In this document: piece by piece, positions 24,361 through 33,337 of the stretch
Layout of the letters: each line of letters starts with the position of its first letter
Numbering within the stretch: position 1 is the stretch's first letter
From: a virus
Length of the DNA: 64,000 bases
Virus record (IMG/VR): IMGVR_UViG_3300032268_001078
Span: 1 to 64,000 of that record
Strand: one strand, 5' to 3'
Notes under the pieces: model-generated
The model's database searches: none
What the model was told of the DNA's origin: nothing
What the model saw: only the letters and a program-made list of their open reading frames with translations
Program-made: the position numbers and the translations under genes

Positions 24361-25272
24361 TTAGCGCCCATCTTTATCAAAGTCTTCTCTATATTTTAAC
24401 AATGCTAATTCCTTAGCTTTACATTCCATCATAATATCTACATCAAGACCATATGTCTCTATTTTATTTTTAAAATAATCACTATGTGCTTGCATTTTAA
24501 CCTTTAGACCCTCATTTAAAGCCTTAGATTCGCTATAATGAATTACAGGTTTTATATTATCCCATGTTGTAGCTGCTAACTTCATAGCATCCTCATCAGT
24601 TAGATCACCTGTACAGAATTGGTGATGATGAATATCATATACGATAGGAATTCCTATTTCACTGTAGATCATATTATATAAATCGTTTGTTGAATACATA
24701 ACCGATTTATCATCATTTTCAATAGTAAGTCTGTTCTTGATTTCATTTGGCAGTGTTTTAAAGTTTTTAATAAATGTTTTAACAGCAGATTCTTTGTCTC
24801 CATAAGCAGCACCCATATGAATGTTGATTTTATTGTATGGTGTTTCACTCAATCCCATCCAATCCATCATATCACTGTGCATTTTCAAATCTGCTACTGA
24901 GTTGTCAATAACGTGTTGGTGTGGACTAGTCAAAATACAGTATTGTCCAGGATGCATAGTTAAACGCATATCATTTTGCTTTGCATACGTTCCACATCTT
25001 TGAAGTATTTCTTTAATTTCATCAACGTCTTTCAACGAATTTGTGTCAATTTTATTACCCCACGGAATAATGTTTGATGACATTCTAAAAAACATAATGT
25101 TGTTTTCTAAATTCCATTTCAAGTATTTTTCTAAGTCTCTAACATTTTCCAATGCTAATTCACTTACATACTCTAGTCCTTTTTTGTCTAAAGTTGCTTT
25201 TTTCAAACTACGATTTGTAGTTATTCCGTCTTTTTTTAACGTTTCGTTGATGCATGCATATCCTAAGTTCAT
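24361..25272 (-). CDS. uvsE: UV-damage endonuclease (UvdE/UvsE)
   Basis: LGYACIN, FFRMSS, RLTMHPGQY, INIHMG, RLTIENDD, PIVYDIHHH, HYSES, AHSDY, MMECKAKELA. Confidence 0.92.
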   Translation of the reverse strand: MNLGYACINETLKKDGITTNRSLKKATLDKKGLEYVSELALENVRDLEKYLKWNLENNIMFFRMSSNIIPWGNKIDTNSLKDVDEIKEILQRCGTYAKQNDMRLTMHPGQYCILTSPHQHVIDNSVADLKMHSDMMDWMGLSETPYNKINIHMGAAYGDKESAVKTFIKNFKTLPNEIKNRLTIENDDKSVMYSTNDLYNMIYSEIGIPIVYDIHHHQFCTGDLTDEDAMKLAATTWDNIKPVIHYSESKALNEGLKVKMQAHSDYFKNKIETYGLDVDIMMECKAKELALLKYREDFDKDGR

Positions 25273-25288
25273 AACCTTTATTTTTATA

Positions 25289-26377
25289 TTATTCGTAATC
25301 TCTAATTCCTACAACTTTTGGAAATCTTGGTATTCCATCAGCTGTTAGTTCAAAGTACTTTACTGTTGCTTTTTTACCTATTAATTCTTGTTTTTGTGAC
25401 CATAACTCAGTTAAATACTCTTGAGTACCATTTACTGTACTAAAGAACATATCACCATTTTTATTTTTAAATAACATTTGGCCTACCATACCAGTTAATC
25501 GACCTTGACCTTCATATACATCTAAAATTTCAAATTCATCGTCTTCAAATGTTTTGTATTTCAATAATGTTTTACTTCGTTTATTTTCATAGTCACCTGT
25601 TATAGTACGAATCATTAAACCTTCATAACCATTTTCAATATATTCACTATACTTTTTTAACATATCAGCTTCACTTTGAGCTAAATGTGTTTCAACCATT
25701 ACAATATGTTCGTCATGAAAGTATTTATATAATTCAATCTTTCTAACATCAAATCGGCCGACACTTGAGGGTACATCGTAGATCCAGTATTGTATGAGTT
25801 TTTTAGATTCTTCCAAGTCTTGGCTAGTTGGCTTCGTTTTTTTAACGAGACTACATATTGTGTTGAAATTATTTCTGTCTTTGTAATATAATTCTCCATC
25901 TAATACTAAATCCGGATTTGCTAAAAAATGATGTTTTAATGATTCAAAAATATGAGGTGCACTAACAATTTGCTTTCCATTACGAGTCCACATTCCATCA
26001 CTTTTTACAATACATCTAATTCCATCTAATTTTGGTTGTACATTTACTGGGTATGTTAATTTTGATTTATAGTCTTCATACTTGTGAGCTAACATTGGTT
26101 TGAATGGGGTTGGATTATCAATATCATTAATATTTTCAACATTTCCAACTTCCATACGTTTGCGTTTCATAGCAGTTGCTTCAGCCAATGCTTGTTCTTC
26201 AGCTGTAGTTGCGTTTTTCTTACCAGTATTTTTAGGATAACAAACAGTCCATTCACTTGTTGTTTTAATTCCATCTGTGTAGCCAGTAATAGTACGGTAT
26301 TTATTACCTTCTACTTCAATGGTCCACTCAAGCGCTTTTCCGCTTACGGCCTTTTTGTACAGTGTGTTTAACTTCAT
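25289..26377 (-). CDS. ATP-dependent DNA ligase
   Basis: PMLA, VQPKLDGIRC (KxDG), LDGELY, YEGLMIR, LLKYK, PRFP. Confidence 0.92.
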   Translation of the reverse strand: MKLNTLYKKAVSGKALEWTIEVEGNKYRTITGYTDGIKTTSEWTVCYPKNTGKKNATTAEEQALAEATAMKRKRMEVGNVENINDIDNPTPFKPMLAHKYEDYKSKLTYPVNVQPKLDGIRCIVKSDGMWTRNGKQIVSAPHIFESLKHHFLANPDLVLDGELYYKDRNNFNTICSLVKKTKPTSQDLEESKKLIQYWIYDVPSSVGRFDVRKIELYKYFHDEHIVMVETHLAQSEADMLKKYSEYIENGYEGLMIRTITGDYENKRSKTLLKYKTFEDDEFEILDVYEGQGRLTGMVGQMLFKNKNGDMFFSTVNGTQEYLTELWSQKQELIGKKATVKYFELTADGIPRFPKVVGIRDYE

Positions 26378-26615
26378 CTTTATCTTTAAAAAATTTATTT
26401 TGACTTTTTTCTTGTTTATTTATATCTTTAGCTGCTTTTGCTTCTTGTTCAAATTGTTTTTCTGTTTTATGGTATTTAATACTTACAGATATAGGTCCAG
26501 TTGTTGTAACATCTAAATCATATGTCCAAGTTGTATCTAAATCTTCACCTTTAAATACTCTTGTAAATCTACGTAATAATTCTTCTTTTGGGATTTCTTT
26601 AGGTCTACCTCTCAT
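26328..26615 (-). CDS. hypothetical protein
   Basis: 95 aa ORF after a class I promoter. Confidence 0.65.
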   Translation of the reverse strand: MRGRPKEIPKEELLRRFTRVFKGEDLDTTWTYDLDVTTTGPISVSIKYHKTEKQFEQEAKAAKDINKQEKSQNKFFKDKDEVKHTVQKGRKRKSA

Positions 26616-26620
26616 ATAAT

Positions 26621-26649
26621 ATTACACAAAATCTTTTATAAAATTCCCC
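26621..26649 (-). promoter_or_regulatory. class I phage promoter
   Basis: GGGG-N18-GTGTAAT. Confidence 0.75.
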
Positions 26650-26811
26650 TTAAAATAATTTTTTGAATTTATCAATGTCAACATTTTTACCCATTTGTTT
26701 TAATTTTTGGGCTTCTTCGTCTTTACGAAGCATTTCGTCAGCTAAACGTTCTAATTTACGTTGTGTGGCGTTAATTTGTTTTTGGTGTTTTTTGAGTTCT
26801 TTATTGTTCAT
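26650..26811 (-). CDS. hypothetical protein
   Basis: Likely start MNNKELKK, after a hairpin and ATATTTAT. Confidence 0.55.
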   Translation of the reverse strand: MNNKELKKHQKQINATQRKLERLADEMLRKDEEAQKLKQMGKNVDIDKFKKLF

Positions 26812-26849
26812 AATAAAGATAAATATGGGCTCTTTCGAGCCCATATCAA

Positions 26850-27134
26850 TTACTTAGTCGTAGTTGGTGTTTTTGGTTTTGGTTTACGATAAGGTTTTTT
26901 CTTAGCAGGAGCTTTAGGTGCCGGTGTTTCAGCAACTGGCTCTGCTTTTGGAGTTTCAGTTTTAGTTTCTACAACTACGTTGTTTACTACTACAACTGGT
27001 TCTTCTTCAATTACTGGTGTTTGTTCAACAACTACATGTGAATCGTCATTCACATCTTCATTCTTTTCAGTTAAGAAGCGATAAACGCCTACTACTAGTA
27101 GAATGGCACCGATGATTATAATTATATTAGTCAT
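26850..27134 (-). CDS. membrane-anchored protein with a Pro/Lys-rich tail
   Basis: N-terminal TM helix; PKAPAKKKPYRKPKPK. Confidence 0.7.
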   Translation of the reverse strand: MTNIIIIIGAILLVVGVYRFLTEKNEDVNDDSHVVVEQTPVIEEEPVVVVNNVVVETKTETPKAEPVAETPAPKAPAKKKPYRKPKPKTPTTTK

Positions 27135-27135
27135 G

Positions 27136-27702
27136 TTAAAATTTAGATTTTAAATTATAGTTATTTACGATTTGTTTTATTTTTTGTGAATATGTATTAT
27201 TTCCTTCACAGTAAATTTTATCTAATATTGCATAGTATTGTTGTTCAGTAACATTAACATTATTACCAAATACTGATTCTTGCCATAGTTTATAGTCTAA
27301 TGTTGATTCTTTCCAAGACTCAAATACGGCAAATCCATTTTCTTCACCTAATGCTAAAGTACTGCGTGTGTGTGCATATCTCATTCCATATAAATTTTTA
27401 TTTGATTTACCAACACCACTACGACCTAAATTAGTTTCAGCATATGCTTGTGCTGCTACAATATATGGATATTTAATATCATAACATTTAAGTAAATTAA
27501 TTAAATTATCTTGTGTTAATATTGAGTCTTGTCTTTTATATTCTAAGTACTTAACTTCAATATTATCTAAAATAGTTGATTGAACATATCTTCCTAAGAT
27601 AAAACTACCAATAATAATTAATAAAATTGATCCAGATAGTAGTCTCATTTTACGTTTATCTTTGACAAATTGTAATGTATTTCTATCAAATTTATATATC
27701 AT
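27136..27702 (-). CDS. GH73 glucosaminidase with an N-terminal TM helix
   Basis: AAQAYAET..G.S.....N.NLYGMR...FAVFESWKES..DY. Confidence 0.8.
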   Translation of the reverse strand: MIYKFDRNTLQFVKDKRKMRLLSGSILLIIIGSFILGRYVQSTILDNIEVKYLEYKRQDSILTQDNLINLLKCYDIKYPYIVAAQAYAETNLGRSGVGKSNKNLYGMRYAHTRSTLALGEENGFAVFESWKESTLDYKLWQESVFGNNVNVTEQQYYAILDKIYCEGNNTYSQKIKQIVNNYNLKSKF

Positions 27703-27707
27703 ACTTT

Positions 27708-27735
27708 ATTACACAAACTTTTTTTAAAATCCCCC
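27708..27735 (-). promoter_or_regulatory. class I phage promoter
   Basis: GGGGG-N16-GTGTAAT. Confidence 0.7.
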
Positions 27736-27744
27736 TTAAAAAAC

Positions 27745-28140
27745 TTATTTAATTTGGTCAATCCAATAATTTTTCATCACATTAACATCAAATGTTACTT
27801 CTTTTCCTAAATTAGACATAGTCCAATCTAACAACGCTCCATAACATTCGTCTCTGTTTTGAATTTTAGCTTCAAGTGTTTTTACATCTTTGTTTGCTTC
27901 TATTTGTTTATGTAATTTAGTAATATCATTAGTTAATTTATAAACTTGTCTAACTAACTGATCATTACCATCATTACTTAACCTTAATTTAGCTTCTAAA
28001 TCAGATATTTTTATCAGTAGATTGCTTTGATTTACGACCTCGTTTTGTTTCTGTGGTTTTAGAAGTTGATTGATTTGATTCCAATAGTTTTTTAATTTCA
28101 TAATCATGACTAATTTTTTGTATTTCAGAACATTTTTCAT
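27745..28140 (-). CDS. hypothetical coiled-coil protein (start uncertain)
   Basis: 131 aa ORF overlapping its upstream neighbour. Confidence 0.55.
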   Translation of the reverse strand: MKNVLKYKKLVMIMKLKNYWNQINQLLKPQKQNEVVNQSNLLIKISDLEAKLRLSNDGNDQLVRQVYKLTNDITKLHKQIEANKDVKTLEAKIQNRDECYGALLDWTMSNLGKEVTFDVNVMKNYWIDQIK

Positions 28141-28387
28141 ATTGTTCGGTTTTAATAAATGCTTTCATACAGCCTTGTAATGCTGTGGGCCAATCTTCTT
28201 GTGTTGAATAGAGTCTAAATACTTCTTGCTCTTCTTTTATCATCACATCACATACTGCTACTTTTTTAGTATTTTTAGCTATACCTTTTTTAATTGCTTC
28301 AAATAAGGCATCTGCTAATTCTGTTGCTTCACTATCCGCTAAACGTTTAGTGAAATCAGCCATTGATTTAACAGTTATTGTTTTCAT
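28001..28387 (-). CDS. hypothetical protein with a UVR-like motif
   Basis: AFIKTEQYEKCSEIQKI. Confidence 0.65.
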   Translation of the reverse strand: MKTITVKSMADFTKRLADSEATELADALFEAIKKGIAKNTKKVAVCDVMIKEEQEVFRLYSTQEDWPTALQGCMKAFIKTEQYEKCSEIQKISHDYEIKKLLESNQSTSKTTETKRGRKSKQSTDKNI

Positions 28388-28656
28388 TTCTTTTTTCTTT
28401 CTGCTTTAAGTTGAGCTTCTTTTTCTCGTTGTTCAATCGCAAATTTAGCTCCGGCCATAGGTGAGAAACGTTTTTTATTATCTTCTTCTCTAGCTTTAAA
28501 ACGTTCTTGTCTTTGTTTTTCTTCTAAAATATCAACCTGAGCAATTTGTTCAGCTAATGTTAGTGTTCGAGTTTGAGTTTTGTTTTGACGATTTAACTTG
28601 TCAAATTTTTTCATTGCTCTATCGAATTCATCTTGTGCACACGTTTTAAATCCCAT
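28384..28656 (-). CDS. hypothetical protein
   Basis: 90 aa ORF. Confidence 0.6.
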   Translation of the reverse strand: MGFKTCAQDEFDRAMKKFDKLNRQNKTQTRTLTLAEQIAQVDILEEKQRQERFKAREEDNKKRFSPMAGAKFAIEQREKEAQLKAERKKK

Positions 28657-28666
28657 ATTCTATAAT

Positions 28667-28695
28667 ATTATAATAAACAAAATTTAAAAAACCCT
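28667..28695 (-). promoter_or_regulatory. class I promoter variant (AGGG-N18-TTATAAT)
   Basis: Matches 20275-20303. Confidence 0.55.
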
Positions 28696-28697
28696 TT

Positions 28698-29330
28698 TTA
28701 AAGTCGAGAAATATACTGATTTTCATCTGTATCATCCTCAAATAATCCCAAGTCTTTAAAGTGATCTAACTGCCATCCTTCTAAGTCCCAAGTTGGTTCT
28801 TGATTTTCAGTTGGTTGATAATCATCTTCAATAAATTGAATTTGTTTAGCATTGAATACTTCATCTACATGTAAATAAAAACAATTATAACAAAGAACTT
28901 CTAGATTTTCAAGTTTCCAATTACTTTTATTTTTATCTTTAAAATTAAGTAATAATGGTTGTTTCATGTCAGATGCTCTACGTTCGTGAAATCCACATTT
29001 ATAACATTCTGATTTTAACAGTACTTCATTAAGTAATCTTGATTTAAGTTTTTCTACTGAGAATGATTTGCGAGGAATCCTTCCTTCTAATAAATCAATT
29101 AATGGTGGATTTTTACCTTTATTAGGTAAAAACTTACTAATTCCTTTTCCTGATGGATTTAAGTGTTTGTCAAACAATGTTTGGCCTGTAATTTCATCAG
29201 TATACATCATTGCGTAACGCTTATAGTGTTGATAACAACAACTTAAATATCTAGCAGCAGCTCTATTTGAACGCGTAGCGTTTTGTGCGTTAATAATTTG
29301 TTGTTTGGTAAAAGGTTTGGCTAATGGCAT
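28698..29330 (-). CDS. HTH plus HNH-like (zinc-binding) protein
   Basis: SNRAAARYL; CYKCG...NFKDKNKSNWKLENLEVLCYNC. Confidence 0.6.
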   Translation of the reverse strand: MPLAKPFTKQQIINAQNATRSNRAAARYLSCCYQHYKRYAMMYTDEITGQTLFDKHLNPSGKGISKFLPNKGKNPPLIDLLEGRIPRKSFSVEKLKSRLLNEVLLKSECYKCGFHERRASDMKQPLLLNFKDKNKSNWKLENLEVLCYNCFYLHVDEVFNAKQIQFIEDDYQPTENQEPTWDLEGWQLDHFKDLGLFEDDTDENQYISRL

Positions 29331-29331
29331 G

Positions 29332-29709
29332 TTACGAATTAATTAAATTCCACAAGTCTTCAGGTGTATTACAAAGTATTATTTTACCATCATTATCCAT
29401 AAGTTGGTTTTCAGTTCCATCTGGATTTAATCTGCCATAAATGTAAAAATCAATTAAATCCATTCCACCATCTCCAAATTGCATTAACATTAAGTCTTCT
29501 ATTATTTTATAATAAAGTTCATTGTATGTTGAATAATCTAGTCTTAAATCACTAAATAATTTTTCTTGGCGTTCTAGTGCTTCTTCTAAATTAGTAATAA
29601 TACTAATAAAAATTGCCTTTTTGTTTGAAGAAATAGTTCTGGTTTTACGTTTTATTTCAACGTTACCAAACGTTTTATTCTTCACCGGGTTTAGTTTCTT
29701 CTGTGTCAT
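29332..29709 (-). CDS. hypothetical protein
   Basis: ORF in track; start shortened to avoid overlap. Confidence 0.6.
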   Translation of the reverse strand: MTQKKLNPVKNKTFGNVEIKRKTRTISSNKKAIFISIITNLEEALERQEKLFSDLRLDYSTYNELYYKIIEDLMLMQFGDGGMDLIDFYIYGRLNPDGTENQLMDNDGKIILCNTPEDLWNLINS

Positions 29710-30076
29710 TTGTAACCTTTGTTTGTTTTTTATTTCCAATTAAATCACTCATAACCCATTGTGATAGAGAATCAAGTGGAACAATAAATCCAATTGCTGT
29801 GAGTTTATCTTTAAAGTCCTTATCACGATCAATAACAATATCGTAATTAGAAAATCGTTTTTGTAAAAAGGCGGCTAATTGATTTCCAACATCATTCAAA
29901 CGAGTTCCATCCACTTGAGAACTATCCTTAGGAATAAATTGAATTTTAACGCCTACCTTTGTTGGGTTTTTATTTACATCAAATTTTACTGACCAATCAA
30001 CACCGCCAAATTTTGTTGAGTATCTTACTGGACCAGTAATGTTTGAAACTTCTAATATAGTGTTTAGGTTGATCAT
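29675..30076 (-). CDS. hypothetical late-type protein
   Basis: ATATTTAT at 30083-30090; N-terminus MINLNTILE. Confidence 0.65.
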   Translation of the reverse strand: MINLNTILEVSNITGPVRYSTKFGGVDWSVKFDVNKNPTKVGVKIQFIPKDSSQVDGTRLNDVGNQLAAFLQKRFSNYDIVIDRDKDFKDKLTAIGFIVPLDSLSQWVMSDLIGNKKQTKVTNDTEETKPGEE

Positions 30077-30079
30077 TTA

Positions 30080-31345
30080 TTAATAAATATGATAAAGATC
30101 TTGTTCTTTAATAGTTGGATTTACTACTATGATTTTACTAGAACTAATATCTTCTAATTTATTTACTGTAATTTTAAATATATCATATTCATAATTACCT
30201 TCTTCGTCTATTGATGTTGAAATAATATCTTGTAAGTTAATAAGAAAACTACTAAAATTGTTATGATTGATTTTACTTATATCAAACTCAACAACAATAT
30301 CATCTTCTACTTCATCAACAAATTGTGGTAGCTCTTGTCTAAACATATAACTGTATTTATTCCAATCTTCATTTGTTATGTTATATAATTCATTGGCAAC
30401 ATTATGTTGTTTATTTAAATTATCTAAAAATGGTATTACTAGTCCAATTGGTGCTGATATTTTATTAAAACACATTTGAACTGAATCAAATATGTCTAAA
30501 CTATTTGTTCCTGTAATTTTGGCTGATATGTTATAATATTTTATTTTGTCAGTTGAATGATTAAATTTACCCCACTTTTTAATAAATCTAGACATTTCAA
30601 TACTATCAGCTTGTTGTTGTAACTGTACTCTCAATTGTGCTTCTTTATTATTTTTATCAAACCAATTTTTACCTCTACTTGATGTACAAGTAAAATGATA
30701 AACTAATGCTTCCCATGTTTGAATAATTTGAGTATCATTCAATACTAAACGAGTCAATACATCACTGTCTTCTCTAGACCGTCTAAATTGAGTATCGTGA
30801 CCACCTATTGAATTCCAAGTTTGTTTATATAAAGTAAATGGGGCAAAGAAATAATTAGTTTCTGTGTTTTTCTTTAGAGTTTGCGCGTAATTTGTGAATG
30901 CCTCTAAGTCAAACGTGTTTGGGTCCAAACCAAAATCGGCTGTGTGTTTTTCGCCACTAGATGGATGAAGTGGTGGTTCAATTCTAGTTGAACATAAAAT
31001 CATATTCGGTTCAACATGTTTAAGTACTTCTAAATCATAGTCCTTACATACAACCATGTCTGATTGTAAGTAAGAAACTATTTCATTAGTAGCTTGAAGA
31101 AACATTTCATTAATATTTCTTTGATAACCATAAGGAATAGGTAAATGATTTTTAAGTATTTTTAGGTTATTAAATACTTGTTTTTGAGTCATTAACCATT
31201 CAAATGTGTTTTCATTGTCACTATCAATAAACACTAGTACTTCGTGAGTTAGTGTAGATAAGTTTTGTTCTAATGATTTAAATAATAGTTTTAAATTATC
31301 TAATTCATTACGTGACGTATTAATGCAAAACGTTAAATTTTTCAT
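30080..31345 (-). CDS. GT2-family glycosyltransferase
   Basis: FCINTSRNE, VFIDSD, YLQSDMVV, REDSD, YHF. Confidence 0.8.
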   Translation of the reverse strand: MKNLTFCINTSRNELDNLKLLFKSLEQNLSTLTHEVLVFIDSDNENTFEWLMTQKQVFNNLKILKNHLPIPYGYQRNINEMFLQATNEIVSYLQSDMVVCKDYDLEVLKHVEPNMILCSTRIEPPLHPSSGEKHTADFGLDPNTFDLEAFTNYAQTLKKNTETNYFFAPFTLYKQTWNSIGGHDTQFRRSREDSDVLTRLVLNDTQIIQTWEALVYHFTCTSSRGKNWFDKNNKEAQLRVQLQQQADSIEMSRFIKKWGKFNHSTDKIKYYNISAKITGTNSLDIFDSVQMCFNKISAPIGLVIPFLDNLNKQHNVANELYNITNEDWNKYSYMFRQELPQFVDEVEDDIVVEFDISKINHNNFSSFLINLQDIISTSIDEEGNYEYDIFKITVNKLEDISSSKIIVVNPTIKEQDLYHIY

Positions 31346-32141
31346 ATGTTTCTTTAATTCCTTGTTTTAAACCAATTAAATCAATTTTAAGTACTTCTAA
31401 TGGCATTTTACTACCAAAATAAGCATAATCATTGTCTTTACCTACTTTTACTTCTACTTTATGAGTGTCTAAACTATTAATAATATCAGCAATTTCACTT
31501 AACATCAATGTATTTTCATAAGTACAATCAAGTGTTTTAGGTAAGTTTTTATTTGTTAAATAGTATTTTATCACTTCAATAAAGTCTTTCATATAAAAGA
31601 AATCCATTAAACGATCTTTATGAACTGACATTGGTTCGTTATTGATATAGCGTTGAATGTTTGATTTAATAAATCTTGTGTCTAACTCATTTTCATCAAA
31701 TACAGCAAATACTCTAATATTATAAAAATTTTCTTCTTGTTCTACTAGTTTACTGATGATACTTTTACTCATTCCATATGGGTCTGTAGGAAATCGTTTT
31801 CCATCTTCAGTCCATATAGGTGCTATGTTTTGACTTCTGTCAAACTCAGCTCCAGAAGCAATGTTTATTAGTTTATTAAAGCGACTTTTGTTTCTTAGTA
31901 AGTTATAAAACATTTGTAGATTCTGATGAGTCACATTTGCTCCGTCAGCTTGTGTTCTTGATCCACCTGTTGTTGCACAATGAATTACTACATCAAATCG
32001 TTTGTCTTTGAACCATTCATCTACTTTTGTTTGATTTGTTAAATCTACTACATCACGAGTTAACTTAACTGTGTTGTATGGTAATTGTTTACAAATTGTT
32101 GAACCAATATAACCATTTGCTCCTGTAACTAGAATTTTCAT
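31320..32141 (-). CDS. NAD-dependent epimerase/dehydratase (sugar-nucleotide reductase-like)
   Basis: ILVTGANGYIG, YGMSK (YxxxK). Confidence 0.9.
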   Translation of the reverse strand: MKILVTGANGYIGSTICKQLPYNTVKLTRDVVDLTNQTKVDEWFKDKRFDVVIHCATTGGSRTQADGANVTHQNLQMFYNLLRNKSRFNKLINIASGAEFDRSQNIAPIWTEDGKRFPTDPYGMSKSIISKLVEQEENFYNIRVFAVFDENELDTRFIKSNIQRYINNEPMSVHKDRLMDFFYMKDFIEVIKYYLTNKNLPKTLDCTYENTLMLSEIADIINSLDTHKVEVKVGKDNDYAYFGSKMPLEVLKIDLIGLKQGIKETYEKFNVLH

Positions 32142-32142
32142 A

Positions 32143-32679
32143 TTATTTTTCTTTTGCGAAATCTCCAAACTCAACTAAAATTGTACTTCTACCATCTGTT
32201 CTATTCAATGCTTTTTCATAAGCAGGAACAATGTCTTCTGGTTTGTGAAGTTCAATTACTTCTATTGTTTTACACATAGATCTAAAAGCATCACTAAAAT
32301 TTCCTTTATGTTGATCTTGGGGATCTACTGGTCTTTCACTACCTACTGCTACTCTAATGATTACTTTAGGAGTACATCTTCCATCAGACATTAATGGATA
32401 TTTATCTAAGTGATTTACTATTTGATCAGTTCCCATCAATAAAAAATTCCAACGTGGAATCACAGATACAGGAATCCAACCTTGAATAGCTAATCCATTT
32501 ACTACTCCACTTTGTAGATACTCAGCTACAGGAAATTCCATTCTTTTTTCTGATGGGATATGTTCCAATGTATCATATAATCCCGTTCCAGCAAATTCAA
32601 CGGCTTGACCTATAAAGATAACCTTTTCGTTTTCAGCTAAAAGAGACATTGCTCTTTGTAATTCTTCAAAATATTTCAT
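32143..32679 (-). CDS. TPP-dependent dehydrogenase E1 beta-like subunit (transketolase pyrimidine-binding domain)
   Basis: FIGQAV, EFPVAE...GLAIQG..PV, PQHKG-like motif. Confidence 0.85.
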   Translation of the reverse strand: MKYFEELQRAMSLLAENEKVIFIGQAVEFAGTGLYDTLEHIPSEKRMEFPVAEYLQSGVVNGLAIQGWIPVSVIPRWNFLLMGTDQIVNHLDKYPLMSDGRCTPKVIIRVAVGSERPVDPQDQHKGNFSDAFRSMCKTIEVIELHKPEDIVPAYEKALNRTDGRSTILVEFGDFAKEK

Positions 32680-32683
32680 AAAA

Positions 32684-33337
32684 TTAAAATTGAACTCTCA
32701 TACCAGCACCTGCGTGAGGGTATTTTGTGTTTTTATATTGGTAATACATTAAATTAGGTTGAGTGTAAATTTCTTTATTTTCCATTTTTTGTTTCCACAT
32801 TTCTTTATCATCTATAAAATATGGAATTGTTCTTTTCCAAATATCATTAGTAGGTGTTAATACTGATAACTCATTACTTTCTACTACAAATGTTATTGGT
32901 AATTCACTATTTCTAGCATACTTATATGCTTCATGGAAATGACCCGTTTCAGCAGACATATCACCGACAAAACACCAAACGTGATTATTAGTACCTGCTA
33001 ATTTTTCACCTAAAGCTAATCCTGTAGCTATAGATGGAATACCACCAACAATTGAACTACAAATAAATTTATACTCAGGCATCGTTTGTACCATAGATTT
33101 ACCTTTAAGAATTTCAGCTTCTAAAATATCTGCTGGAATGCCTTTTAATAAGGCTTGGTAATGATTTCTCCACGTGCAACAAATCCAATCATTTGTATTA
33201 TCTACTTGTTCAAAGATTTCTATCATCTTTTCTTCATTATTATGATAAAGATGAATAGGTGCTTTGATGTGTTTTTGATTGAATAATTCACCAATTCTGG
33301 TTTCAAATTCTATTAGTTGTTCTTTATTCATTACCAT
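32684..33337 (-). CDS. TPP-dependent dehydrogenase E1 alpha-like subunit
   Basis: APIHL, TWRNHY, SIVGGIPSIA.G.A, TPP motif GD...N (VGDMSAETGHFHEA...VVESN). Confidence 0.85.
   Translation of the reverse strand: MVMNKEQLIEFETRIGELFNQKHIKAPIHLYHNNEEKMIEIFEQVDNTNDWICCTWRNHYQALLKGIPADILEAEILKGKSMVQTMPEYKFICSSIVGGIPSIATGLALGEKLAGTNNHVWCFVGDMSAETGHFHEAYKYARNSELPITFVVESNELSVLTPTNDIWKRTIPYFIDDKEMWKQKMENKEIYTQPNLMYYQYKNTKYPHAGAGMRVQF

Noticed and set aside
32143-33337. Pyruvate dehydrogenase as a central-metabolism auxiliary gene
   Set aside because: Both subunits are truncated relative to true E1, there is no E2 or E3, and they sit inside a sugar-nucleotide operon
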